Shown here piece after piece: positions 51,311-64,000 of a DNA stretch of 64,000 nt. The position numbers were made by a program, and so were the translations under genes. The DNA lies in contig OZ024762.1 of assembly GCA_964016885.1 (NCBI GenBank), positions 2,728,001 through 2,792,000 on the forward strand, written 5' to 3'. Position 1 is the first letter of the stretch, and each line of letters begins with the position of its first letter. The DNA comes from Eledone cirrhosa (Eukaryota). The notes under the pieces are model-generated. The model ran no database searches and had not been told where the DNA came from. It saw only the letters and a program-made list of their open reading frames with translations.

Positions 51311-53912
51311 CTCTTTGAGATATTATTATCATTATTATCATTATTATTATTATTATGATTAGCAGCAGCAGCAGCAACAGTAGTAGTAGTAGTAATTCAA
51401 AATGATGTTTCAGTTGGTTACGATACCACAGATTTGATGGGGGTAAGGAAGTTAAGTCATGCCATTCTGAAGTGTACTAGCACAATATATGAAGTGAAAC
51501 TATATCAACCGGGAATTGAAACTGTGCTTCATAGGCTTAGCTCACTATAAGTTTTCCTATTGGACTCCTTGTTGTTGATGATGATGATAATTGTTAGGGA
51601 GTTGGGTGTACTCATCTAATTCTTACTTTTGGTTGTGGGACAGTTATCAGCCCCCCCAGTCCCTATAACTACTACTGCTGGCAGTCTAGTGAAGGACTGG
51701 CACTAGACGAGGATATGGGCACCAAGTATTGGTACAGGGCCAGCAGTTTAGTGGGTGGAGGAGGAGAGAGTGGATTATACAGACCCTAGTATTTCACTGG
51801 TACTTTATTTTATCGGCCCTTGAAAGATGAAAAGCCTAATTGACATTGGTGGATTTTGAACCCAGGACATATGGTTGGATGCCCTTCATATTGTCAACCA
51901 CTTTACAGAGTGTCCTGGGTGCATGTTACTGTGGTAACAGCACTATCACTTTATAGAGTGTATTGGGTGTATTTTATCATGCCACCAACATGACCATTTT
52001 ACAGAGTGTACTGGGTACATTTTATTGTGGCACCAGCACTACCATTTTACAGAGTGTACTGGGTGTATTTTGGAAGACATTAGGAATGTGAAGAATTGTA
52101 ATAATGGTAAAAGTGAAAGTAGTAACACAATGATGGTGTTTAAGAAGATGTAGCCATATATATATATATTGTATGTGTATATATATATATATTGTATGTG
52201 TATAGATATATATATGTTATATATATCTATATATATTACACACATATATATATATATAGACATCTTGTATACAATGTATGTGTACATATGTTATATATAT
52301 GTGAAGCAACTAGGAGTACATGACTCCCCCACTCCTGGACAAGACATCAGTCCATCACAGGGTTAACAACAACCCACAGCAATTACTGGTACTCATTTTC
52401 AGCTGAGTATACTGGAGCAACGTGAAATGAAGAGTTTTGCTCAAGAACACAACACAGCCCACGACATATTATGATCATAAGTCCAACACACTTGCCACTA
52501 GGCTACACCCTTCCACTAGATTCATGTATGTTACCTGGCAAACATACCAAAAGCAGTTGAAGTCAGTCAAAACAGGAAATGTGGAGGTGGGCATGGGCGG
52601 AAGAAGAAGAAAAATCAATAAAAAATCAATAAACGAAAACAAAACAATGAATTGTGGAATATTTCAGAAGCCAACAACTGTTTTATTTCTGGCCATTGTG
52701 GTTATTTTATTTTATTGGTGGGGAGGGTGGGAGAAGGGTGGGGGTGATGTCGGCGATGAGTGGGGTGGGGTGGGGTGATATGAGGGATGGTGAAGGGGGG
52801 GGGGGAGACTGGTGATGGTAGCAAGGGGAAGGGGGTATTTTATTTTATTGGTGGTGTGTCGGTGGGAGCTGGAGTGATGGTGGTGGAGGAGAATAGGGGG
52901 TGGGACTCATGTTTGGAGGGGAGTTGTTTGTTGGAAGGAATGGCACAGTTTTGTTGGCATTCATTGTGGGTCACATGCCTCTCTCTCTCTCTCTCACATC
53001 CAGCCTTGTGCTGCTTAAAGAAGTATATGTATACACACACACACACATATATGTATACACTCACACATATATGTATACACTCACACACACACACATATAT
53101 ATATATACACACACACACATGTATACACACACACACACACACACACACATGTATATATATATACACGCACACATGTATATACACACACACACACCCATAT
53201 ATATATGTATATATACACACATACACACATATATGTATATATATATATACAGTGTATATATATATATATACAGTATATATATATATATACAGTATATATA
53301 TATATACAGTGTATATATATATATATACAGTATATATATATATATACACAGTGTATATATATATATACAGTGTATATATATATACAGTATATATATATAT
53401 ATATGTATGTATGTATATACAGTGTATATATATATATACACACTAATAAGCTAGCTGTAGTATCCCATGATACATTGTCTCACCTGGGTTACAACACTAA
53501 AAGCAATCTTAAAAAAATATAGAATTGAAAGGATGGATATGGTGCTGATTATGGCATATTATATACACACACATATATATATTATATATATATATATATA
53601 ATATATATTATATATATTATATATATATATATATAATATGTATTATATATATTATATATATATATATATAATATATATTATATATATTATATATATGTAT
53701 ATATAATATGTATTATATATATATTATATATATATATATATATAATATGTATTATATATATATTATATATATATATATTATATATATATATAATATATAT
53801 ATATTATATATATATATATAATATATATATATAATATATATATTATATATATATATATAAAGATAGTTTAGATAGTAAAAAAGGCTTTTTTTTTCTATAT
53901 ATATTTATATAT

Positions 53913-53959
<47 letters not shown>

Positions 53960-53996
53960 TACGCATATATATATATACACACACACACACATATAT

Positions 53997-54029
<33 letters not shown>

Positions 54030-54728
54030 CATACAGACACACATAAATATATATATATATACACATACATATATACATAAACACACACACATATATATTT
54101 ATATACAAACACACACACATATATATATACATATATGCATATATAAAGTTAGTTCCACAACAAATTAGCAAACCATCTTCGAGGACGTGCGTTACACCCA
54201 ACGGACTCTCAGCTCGAGGTTTTACTGAAAAACCGAGGTTTATGTGTGTGTGTGTATGTGTGTGTATGTATATGTGTGTGTGTGTATATGTGTGTGTGTA
54301 TATATATGTTTGTGTGTGTGTGTATATATATATGTATGTGTGTATGTGTATGTGCATGTGTATGTTTGTTTTATTGTTTCACAACTTTCATTTATTAGAG
54401 ACTGTGGCCATGCTGGAGTACATTTTATGCAAATGATCACCAGATGAAATTAACATATATATTTACTTCATATTACAATCATACCGTATGTAATAAATAC
54501 TATTTTCCTCCTCCTCCTTCTCCTCACCATCACCATCGCCACCACCACCATCACCACCGTCACCATCACCATCGTCACCATCATCATCACCATTATCAGT
54601 GTTGAACTCCCCATTATAAGGTGTGGGATTCCATTCTTGTATTGAGAGATGTATTATGTCCTTGAGCAAGACACTTCATTTCACGTTGCTTCAAGCCACT
54701 CAGCAGAAGAAGAAATAAACAAGTATCT

Positions 54729-54762
<34 letters not shown>

Positions 54763-55029
54763 TCACCTTTGTAGCGAATTGTGGGTCTAACCCAGGAGGG
54801 TGCCTATTCATGATAGGTCTGGGGCCCCTGTCATTAGAAAACACTCCCACGAAATGCAACCTTGCCTTGTAGATCAACTAAACATACAAACTTTGACAAC
54901 AACAACAACAGTACTTTCATTATTATTATTTCCATTATTATTTTTATTGTGCATCATTACTGCTCTGTGTCCTGGCCCTGTGCAGTGTAGTTTCTATTGT
55001 ATTGCTAGTACACATTCTACAAAATAATT

Positions 55030-55495
55030 TGGTTGATAGTTACTGCTTAAAAGAAGGTCTGTCATTGGTTGATAGTTACTGCTTAAAAGAAGGTCTGTCA
55101 TTGGTTGATAGTTACTGCTTAAAAGAAGGTCTGTCATTGGTTGATAGTTACTGCTTAAAAGAAGGTCTGTCATTGGTTGATAGTTACTGCTTAAAAGAAG
55201 CTCTTCCATTGGTTGATAGTTAGTTTAAAAGAAGCTCTCTGATTGGTTGATAGTTAGTTTAAAAGAAGCTCTCTGATTGGTTGATAGTTAGTTTAAAAGA
55301 AGCTCTCTGATTGGTTGATAGTTACCATTTAAAAGGTCTCTGATTCGTTCATTGTTAGTGTTTAAAAGAAGGTCTCTCATTGGTTGATAGTAGTTTTAAA
55401 AGAAACCCTCTGATTGGTTGATAGTTACCATTTAAAAGAAGGTCTCTGATTGGTTCATTGTTAGTGTTTAAAAGAAGGTCTGTTCTCATTGGTTC
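55030..55495. repeat. 33-36 bp minisatellite containing ATTGG (CCAAT) motifs
   Basis: ATTGGTTGATAGTTACTGCTTAAAAGAAGGTCTGTC units. Confidence 0.88.
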
Positions 55496-57499
55496 TCGGC
55501 TGTTTAGGTTGTTTTATTGGCTGGCTAGCTACAAACTGATGGTGTGAATCATGGACATACAACTTTATATAGATTAGTAGCGGTGTAATTATCCATGGTC
55601 CCTGGTCCTCAGAAATAATGATGGTCGAAGATACCAGTCTATAGTTGGTATATATATATTTAACAATAGTAACAATAACAACAATAATAATCATCATCAT
55701 CATAAAAGAACACAACTTATAAAAGAATTTGTAGAGCATTGGTTAAGACCCCCTCCTCACCTCATTGTGGTATTAAGTCACAACCCTTTATATTCTGTGT
55801 AACCCCCCCCCCCCCCCCCCCTTATTTTATTTTAAAATTTTATTCTTTGGGGGTGGGGGAGTAATAATCAATTTTGATACCAGTGATATACTAGGGGGTC
55901 TATATAGTTATACCACTTCATCCTCTCCTCTCTCGAAATTGCTGGTGTTGTTAATAAACATCTTCATCATCACCATTATTGTGTCAGACATCATGCTTTG
56001 TGTCATATAGTTACGTCCCTGGAGTCGATAAAATAAAGTACCAGTAACACACTGGGATCGATTTAATCGACTTTCCCCCTTCCCAAAAATTGTTGGCCCT
56101 GTGCCTAAATCCAGAAAGCATTATTATTATTGTTGGAGATTGGCAGAATTGTTGGAGTACCAGTCACATATTGGGGTTGATTTCATTGACTTCTCCATTA
56201 TGCCTAAATTAGAAACTATTATTGTTATATATTATTATATAACAATTTATTAATAATTTTATAAAATAACGCCTTTTTTTAACAACCATTTGTAGGGTTT
56301 GAATTGGAAGTTCCTTGTTTTATAGGAACCAGATTGGTTCTCATTTACAACCTTAATCTTCTGTGTAGCAAGAAATCTAGGGCCCAGTTTCTGTCTGTGG
56401 GGCTTTGTTGTGTTATACATATATACATACATATATATATTTTTTTATATATACAAACAAGCACATACACACACAAACACACATAGAAACACACACACAA
56501 ACACACATAGAAACACACACACAAACACACATAGAAACACTCACACACACTCACACACACACTCACACACACATACACACACACACACACAGAAACACTC
56601 TCTCACACACACACAGTGAATAAAAACATTATCATTGTAGTTACACAATATTTTTATCTTTTATAAATCCAGTATCAAATATTTTATGTCCTCAATAATT
56701 GAGGAATAAATTGTCTTTTGTGGTGTTTTCTTCCAAATCTCCAGGTTCTGAGTTCAAATCTTTGCCGAGATCAACATCACCATTTATCCTTTCGAGGGGA
56801 CGAGGCCGGGAAGGGTTGGGGCTTGTTGATAAAATAAAGTAGCAATCTGGGGGATGTGGGGGTCGGTGGGTTGGTAGAATTGTTAAAAGTGTTGGAAGAT
56901 GAGCGGCTTTTTGGTATATCTCTGTCCGAGCCCATGTCCGAGCCTGTGTCTGTATGTCCTTAGTTTCAAGATCCTGCTTTCTGTCAACTTTCTGGAAAAA
57001 GAAAAAAATGGGAACATGATAGGACTGGGGCTCCTATCATAAAAACAACAAAAAAAAAAAAACAGCCAAGAGACCACCACCTGTTAGGTGTAAGTTCATG
57101 AGGGCCCAGCTAAACCTAAGACAGGTGTGAGCTGGAACAACAACAACAACAGCATCAACAAATATATTTTCTTTGTGTTAACAGCCCTCCTTCCAGACAT
57201 TTTGTACACTTCAATAAAGACATCTTTATTTCACCCATGTGTGGGTAGGAAGCCCTCTTCTATTACCCACCCCTATTGTCCAACTGCCCTACTACAATAA
57301 CATAACAATACCCCCCACGGCATGTAGCTGCCCCTCTCCCTACTCCGTCTTATCACCATCCATCCTCACACCACCCCGACCATTATCCTATCACCCACCC
57401 ACCACCCCATACTTCTCATTTAACCTCTTGGTAACCCCCCCCCTACCATCCTGCCTTGCTTCAAATTACACTTTTTGGAGGGAAGGGCAAAAGTCTGTT

Positions 57500-58290
57500 A
57501 AATTGACCCTCAGTATATAACTGATACTTTACTACCTCGACCCCTTTTGGATGGATGAAAGGCAAAGTTGACCTCGGCAGGATTTGAAATCAGGACATTA
57601 GGGAAGTCGAGTGAAATATCACCACAAGGTATTTTGACTGTTGCTCTACCGATTCTGTCACTTCACTGCCTCCTGTAGTAGTAATAGTAATAGTAGTAGT
57701 AGTAGTAATTGCAACGACATTGACATTAATTATAACAATAACAACAACAACAACATTAACAGTAATAATAATAATTGTTTCTACTTTAGGCACAAGGCCA
57801 GCAATTACCCCAGTGTATTACTGGTACTTCATTTTATCGACCCCGTAAGGATGAAAGGCAAAGTTAACCTCAGCGGGATTTGAACTCAGATCATAAAGGG
57901 CCGTAACTCTATGCTGCAAAGCATGGCGTCCGACCCTCTACCGATACTGCCAATCAACAATAATAATAATAATAATAATAATGGTTTCTGATTTAGGCAC
58001 AAGGCCAGCAATTTGGGAGGAAAGAGGCACAAGTCAATGGAATCGACCCCCAGTGTATTACTGGTACTTTATTTTATCAACCCCGTAAGGATGAAAGGCG
58101 AAGCTAACATCAGTGGGATTTGAACTCAGAACGTAAAGGGCCCTAACTCTGTTGCAAATCAGATTGTCCGACACTCTACCGATTCTGCTGCCAATCCACT
58201 GCCTAAATAATAATAATAATAATAATTGTGTCTAACATTGGCACAAGGCCATCAATTGACACCAGTAGTTAACTGGTACTTTATTTTATC
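57500..58290 (-). mobile_element. Cluster of four Nin/Deu-domain SINE copies
   Basis: Copies at about 57500-57660, 57770-57955, 57983-58205, 58222-58290, nested in (TAA)n; more at 51715-51865, 55990-56125, 59507-59587. Confidence 0.8.
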
Positions 58291-60606
58291 AACCTCGGAA
58301 TGATGAAAGGTAGAGAGTTGTTACTAAATACTGCAACGACAACAATGGGAATTCTTCTTAAGAGTCTTAAGATTGATTTATTTAATAGAAAATCTCAGCA
58401 GAATGTATGAGATTGCTCCCAGTTTGTGGCTGAAGGTTAAACAAGGGACAGATGAGAGGGGGTAGTTATCGTTGGGGGTCTGAGCGGGGTTGTGGATCTA
58501 TGGAGTTGCTCAGATAACCTTAGGTATTCACCTATCTGTACCAGGAGGACTCAATATCTTATATAGTTGTATACTATATATGTATGTATGGTCCCATAAC
58601 TCCTGATAGAGTTATAGGGGCGCCGTATTGACATGTGGCATTTCTGGGCATTTTAAGCCTGGCAGAGCCCATTCCTCTCCAGGCCTGACCTGGTAGAGCC
58701 CATTCCTCTCCAGGCCTGACCTGGTAGAGCCCATCCCTCTCCAGGCCTGAGTACAGCAGATTTCTTCCAGAGAAAGAAATATAGGGGAAGAACCCCCCCC
58801 CCCCTCCCTCAGTACTAAACTGGTACTTTTTATATCGACCTTGAAAGGATGAAAGGAAAAGTTGACCTTAGCAGGATTTGAACTCAGACAGCAGAGAGTC
58901 GGAACGAATACCATAAAGCATTGTATCTGACGTTCTAATGACTCAGCCAATATATATATACACACAACATGTATACTATATATATACACATGTATACAAT
59001 GTGCATTTGTTACCCATGTATACTATGTATTTGTTACACATGTATACTATATATACACAACATGTATACTATGTGTATTTGTTACCCATTCTCTCATTCC
59101 TATGTACCCCCTCTTGACATTACTGGTGTAATGTGTCTTTGTAATGTCTCCTTCATCTGATGCCAGTGTAGCAAATAAAACAAATCATTATTATTATTAT
59201 TATTATTATTATATATTTCTGCCCCATTTCTCTGTAAAGCCCCCAAATTTACAGAAAGTTGTCTTTGTAATGTCCTCTCATTCTCTGCCTTTTTGTCTGC
59301 TACAACAGTTCCATGGAGACGAGTTAGGGAAGAACACATCGATCGTTCAGTTTTGTTTTGAACTGTTTTCGTTTCACATTTGAAAAGAGGGTTATAACCC
59401 TGAAATATATTGGGTAAAGTCATTATTTTGTTTAAGTTGTCATCTGTTGCCCTTTTATATATTTCTACCGCATTGTTCCAGCCTTCTGAAACTTATCAGT
59501 CATTTAATAATTGTTTCTACCTTTCGCACAAGGCCAGCAATTATCCCAGTGTATTACTGGTACTTTATTTTATTGATCCCGTAAGGATATTATTATTATT
59601 GTCCCCAAATCTTTGTGTCTTTCTGACAAATTAACAAAAGCAATAAAGAAATCGTTAGGATTAATTAATTAGTTAATGTTAGTGTTATTATTATTATCAT
59701 TATTATTATTGTTGTTGTATTTCACTTTTATTTCCATAATTGGTTTGGCATAAGCCCCTCCCCCACCCACTGTATTATATATATATTGTTTAAATTATGC
59801 CAAAGTCTCCAAAAAGCAGGGTCAGGGAGGGATGCCGGCTAAACTAAGACATTTTCAGCTGTCTCCTTCTTTGAGGTGTCTCATATATTAGACATTTTTT
59901 TCCTTTTTCTCTATTTGTTATATATTTATATATATATATCGTATATATATATATATATATCTATATATATAGATATATATATATATATATTTTAAAAATT
60001 TGTTTTAAGTGCCAGTCAAATACTGGGGTCCGTGCAATTAACTGCCGCCCTCCCCTTTTTAAAATTGATGCCCTTGTCTCTTCACAATCATCATCATCAC
60101 AACAATGACAGGTGCTAGTAATTTGTTTTTCTTTTCCTTTTTTTTTCTTCTCCTCCCCTCATATTTGGTGGTGGTGGTGGTGTTGTTGCTGCTGTTGTTG
60201 TTGCTGTTGTTGTTGTTACTGTTGTTGCTGCTGCTGTTGTTGTTGTTGCTGTTGTTGCTGTTGTTGTTGTTGTTGTTGCTGTTGTTGGTGGTGGTTAGGG
60301 TTGCTGCTACTGTTGTTGTTATAGTTGTTGTTGTTACTCATTTGGTTGGCTGTTGTTGTTGTTGTTGTTGTAGTTAGGGACATATTTTGGGGCGAGATAC
60401 AGAAATAGGTGTTCTTTTGTAGTAATAGTAGTGGTAGTAGCAGTGGTAGTGTTGTTGGTGGTAGTAGTGGTGGTGCAACAGTCAGCAGCTTGCCCCATAT
60501 GTTGGAGACCCCCACCCCCGGAGCACAAGAGAGAGATAGATAGATAGAGAGGTGTGGTAGAAGCTGAGTGGTATGTGAAACAGGAGCAGATAACTCTGGA
60601 TGTGAA

Positions 60607-60689
60607 TCAGCTGGACAAATTTAGTGCTGTTAACATGGCCCATAGTGTTAGGGTGATGCCTTGGACAAGGTGCCATGACATGGAGCCAA
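60607..60689 (-). CDS. Probable terminal exon, hydrophobic C-terminal (GPI-signal-like) tail
   Basis: Strong acceptor tttttctcttccctctag|; phase 1 gives VGSMSWHLVQGITLTLWAMLTALNLSS*. Confidence 0.7.
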
Positions 60690-60845
60690 CTAGAGGGAAG
60701 AGAAAAACAGACATATTAGTTATAATGACAGAGAGAGAGAGAGAGAGAGAGAGACAGATATAGAGACAGAGAGAGAGAGAGATAGACAGAGAGATAGAAA
60801 GAGACAGAGAGAGATATATAATTGGAGATAGATATATAAAGAGAG

Positions 60846-60876
<31 letters not shown>

Positions 60877-61084
60877 TAGACAGAGAGAGAGGAACAAATA
60901 TATATATGTCGAGAGAGAGAGGGAAAAGTTTATAAAAGTTATTCCATGATATAATTTATGTATGTATAAAGTGTAGTTTAACCTTTTAGCATTTAAACTG
61001 GCTGTAACCAGCCATTCATACTTATGTTAAGGTATTGTTCTCAAAATAGATAATATTAAAATATCATAGTTTCAATATTATGTG

Positions 61085-61415
61085 AGATATTTATGTAAGA
61101 TAAAGCCTTTGCTGTGAAAATATGATATTAAATATAAAGTAATGTAAATGTTATGTGAGATATTATGTAAGGTAAAGCCTTTACTGTGAAAATACATAGT
61201 ATATATAGAGTAATGTAAATGTTATGTGAGGTATTATGTGAGGTAAAGCCTTTACTGTGAAAATACATAGTATATATAGAGTAATGTAAATGGTATGTGA
61301 GGTAAAGCCTTTACTGTGAAAATACAATAGTATTTATAGAGTAATGTAAATGTTATGTGAGGTAAAGCCTTTACTGTGAAAATACAATAGTATATATAGA
61401 GTAATGTAAATGGTA
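61085..61415. repeat. About 60-70 bp tandem repeat
   Basis: GGTAAAGCCTTTACTGTGAAAATACA..AGTATATATAGAGTAATGTAAATG units. Confidence 0.85.
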
Positions 61416-61460
61416 AAGGGTTAAAAAGGATCAAAGGTAAAAGAGTTGTTTATTTCTTAC

Positions 61461-61625
61461 CACTTCGAGATGTTGTAAGACACCGTATTTCATCGCTTCC
61501 ATCGTTGCAATGAAGAGTTTTATCACATCGCTCAAACACTGGTATACAATGTATCATACTGCTACACATAAAAATACTTTTGTTTTCTTTATTACATACA
61601 CTGATGTCAAAATTCATGGCAATTT
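61461..61625 (-). CDS. LDL-receptor class A repeat exon of same gene
   Basis: ttccag|...G|gtaaga; CNKENKSIFMCSSMIHCIPVFERCDKTLHCNDGSDEIRC (6 Cys, D.SDE); phase 1-1. Confidence 0.92.
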
Positions 61626-61704
61626 CTGGAAAATGAGAGAAATATTTATCAACAATAAACAAACAATATTTTTACATTAGTTTCAATTACACAGCGAAGC
61701 TTAT

Positions 61705-62270
61705 GATTTAAACTGTAATGTCTGTTTTCCACGATTGCATATGTTAGACGGGCTGTCACATACTGATGTTTGACTGGCTGTCACATACTGATGTTTGACT
61801 GGCCAGGTGACCATGTCTTGCTCGTACACTCCATTTTTTTACTTTATTTCTATAGCTGGATGTCCTTCCTAACACCAACCTCTTTACAGCATGTACAGAG
61901 TGGACTGGGTACCTTTTTATCATGGTACCAGCACTGCTACTTTACAGAGTGAACTGGGTATTTTTTGTCATGGTACCAGCACTACCACCTTAAAGGGTGG
62001 ACATGGTGTATTTCGTCATGGCACCAGCACTACCACCTTACAGGGTGGACTGGGTGTATTTCGTCTTGGCACCAGAACTACCACCTTACAGGGTGGACTG
62101 GGTGTATTTCGTCTTGGCACCAACACTACCCCCTTACAGGGTGGACTGGGTGTATTTCGTCTTGGCACCAACACTACCCCCTTACAGGGTGGACTGGGTG
62201 TATTTCGTCTTGGCTCCAACACTACCCCCTTACAGGGTGGACTGGGTGTATTTCGTCATGGCACCAACAC
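61705..62270 (-). repeat. RTE/SINE 3' tail with 48-bp minisatellite expansion
   Basis: TTTCTATAGCTGGATGTCCTTCCTAACACCAACC followed by about 8 copies of GGGTGGACTGGGTGTATTTCGTCTTGGCACCAACACTACCCCCTTACA. Confidence 0.8.
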
Positions 62271-62311
62271 TATATTCTGAAAACTATGATATATTTAAAT
62301 TGTGAACTTAC

Positions 62312-62488
62312 GAGGACAAACTGCATTATTTTCACAGACTTTTGTCTCAGATGATGGCCCTTCACAGTCTTTCCCTTCATAGCTAGGGTACGGGGCTGAG
62401 CAGAGTCTCACTCGCCTCTGTGTCCCCTCTGGACCACAGATCCTGTTACATACTGACCAGCCACTCCATAATGTCCAGTTTCCATCAA
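62312..62488 (-). CDS. Thrombospondin type-1 repeat exon of a minus-strand secreted/surface protein (5' exons lie beyond window)
   Basis: ttgacag|...C|gtaagt; DGNWTLWSGWSVCNRICGPEGTQRRVRLCSAPYPSYEGKDCEGPSSETKVCENNAVCP (WxxWxxW, RxRxC, 6 Cys); phase 1-1. Confidence 0.93.
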
Positions 62489-62871
62489 CTGTCAAATAAA
62501 ACAAAACACATTATTGCAAGGATCACTTCAACAACAACAGCAGCAATAATAAGTACAACAGCAGCAGCAGCAACAACAACAACAGCAGCAATAAGTACAA
62601 AAGCAACAACAACAACAACAGCAGCAGCAATAATAAGTACAAAAGCAGCAACAACAACAACAACACCTACAATAAATCTTCAGCATAAAATCTGTTGTGT
62701 TCTTAGCCAACTAAACTATCATCATCATCATTGCTGGTTCTATATGGTATTAAGGGTGGAGAGAACTGTCTGTCTGTCTGTCTGTCTGTCAGTCCATCTG
62801 TCTGTCTGTCTGTCAGTCCATCTGTCTGTCTGTCTGTCTGTCAGTCAACACAACCTGTTCCAGGAATTGAA

Positions 62872-64000
62872 CCCACACCATCACCATCAGCCCCACACCA
62901 TCACCATCAGCCCCACACCACCACCATCAGCCCCACACCATCACCATCAGCCCCACACCATCACCATCAGCCCCACACCACCACCATCAGCCCCACACCA
63001 TCACCATCAGCCCCACACCATCACCATCAGCCCCACACCACCACCATCAGCCCCACACCATCACCATCAGCCCCACACCACCACCATCAGCCCCACACCA
63101 TCACCATCAGCCCCACACCTTTACCACCAGCCCCACACCACCACCATCAGCCCCACACCATCACCATCAGCCCCACACCTTTACCACCAGCCCCACACCA
63201 CCACCATCAGCCCCACACCATCACCACCAGCCCCACACCATCACCATCAGCCCCACACCTTTACCACCAGCCCCACACCACCACCATCAGCCCCACACCA
63301 TCACCACCAGCCCCACACCATCACCATCAGCCCCACACCTTTACCACCAGCCCCACACCACCACCACCATCAGCCCAACACCATCACCACCAGCCCCACA
63401 CCATCACCATCAGCCCCACACCTTTACCACCAGCCCCACACCACCACCATCAGCCCCACACCACCACCATCAGCCCCACACCTTTACCACCAGCCCCACA
63501 CCACCACCATCAGCCCCACACCATCACCACCAGCCCCACACCATCACCATCAGCCCCACACCTTTACCACCAGCCCCACACCACCACCATCAGCCCCACA
63601 CCATCACCACCAGCCCCACACCATCACCATCAGCCCCACACCTTTACCACCAGCCCCACACCACCACCACCAGCCCAACACCATCACCACCAGCCCCACA
63701 CCATCACCATCAGCCCCACACCTTTACCACCAGCCCCACACCACCACCATCAGCCCCACACCATCACCACCAGCCCCACACCATCACCACCAGCCCCACA
63801 CCATCACCACCAGCCCCACACCACCACCATCAGCCCCACACCATCACCACCAGCCCCACACCATCACCATCAGCCCCACACCATCACCACCAGCCCCACA
63901 CCATCACCATCAGCCCAACACCACCACCACCAGCCCCACACCACCACCATCAGCCCCACACCACCACCATCAGCCCCACACCATCACCACCAGCCCCACA
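62872..64000. repeat. 20-bp minisatellite (intronic)
   Basis: CCCCACACCATCACCATCAG units to end of window. Confidence 0.92.

Noticed and set aside
60105-60377. Poly-Leu/Cys/Gln ORFs
   Set aside because: (TTG/CTG)n tract in the presumed 3' UTR of the minus-strand gene

Overview
Repeat-rich, AT-rich animal genomic DNA. The SINE/RTE repertoire and microsatellite load suggest an octopus or other coleoid cephalopod (inference). It holds the 3' ten coding exons of a PP2A regulatory B'' subunit gene (PPP2R3A/B-like, + strand, 3877-19328) and the last three coding exons of a minus-strand TSP1-LDLa protein ending in a hydrophobic, GPI-signal-like tail (60607-62488). An intact 1039-aa RTE-type LINE with a 20-bp TSD lies at about 25650-29369; its RT carries an inserted C4HC3 PHD finger. 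Other mobile elements: a 5'-inverted (twin-primed) RTE fragment, CR1-, R4/Dong- and other RTE remnants, a non-autonomous Helitron and two tRNA-derived SINE families, plus many mini/microsatellites. The most striking non-annotated signal is a set of short foldback elements in (TA)n tracts. They carry hammerhead-ribozyme cores followed by a poly(A) signal (30085-30420, 34897-35286, 46682-46878), resembling Penelope-type pLTRs. All calls were made by eye; no database searches were run.
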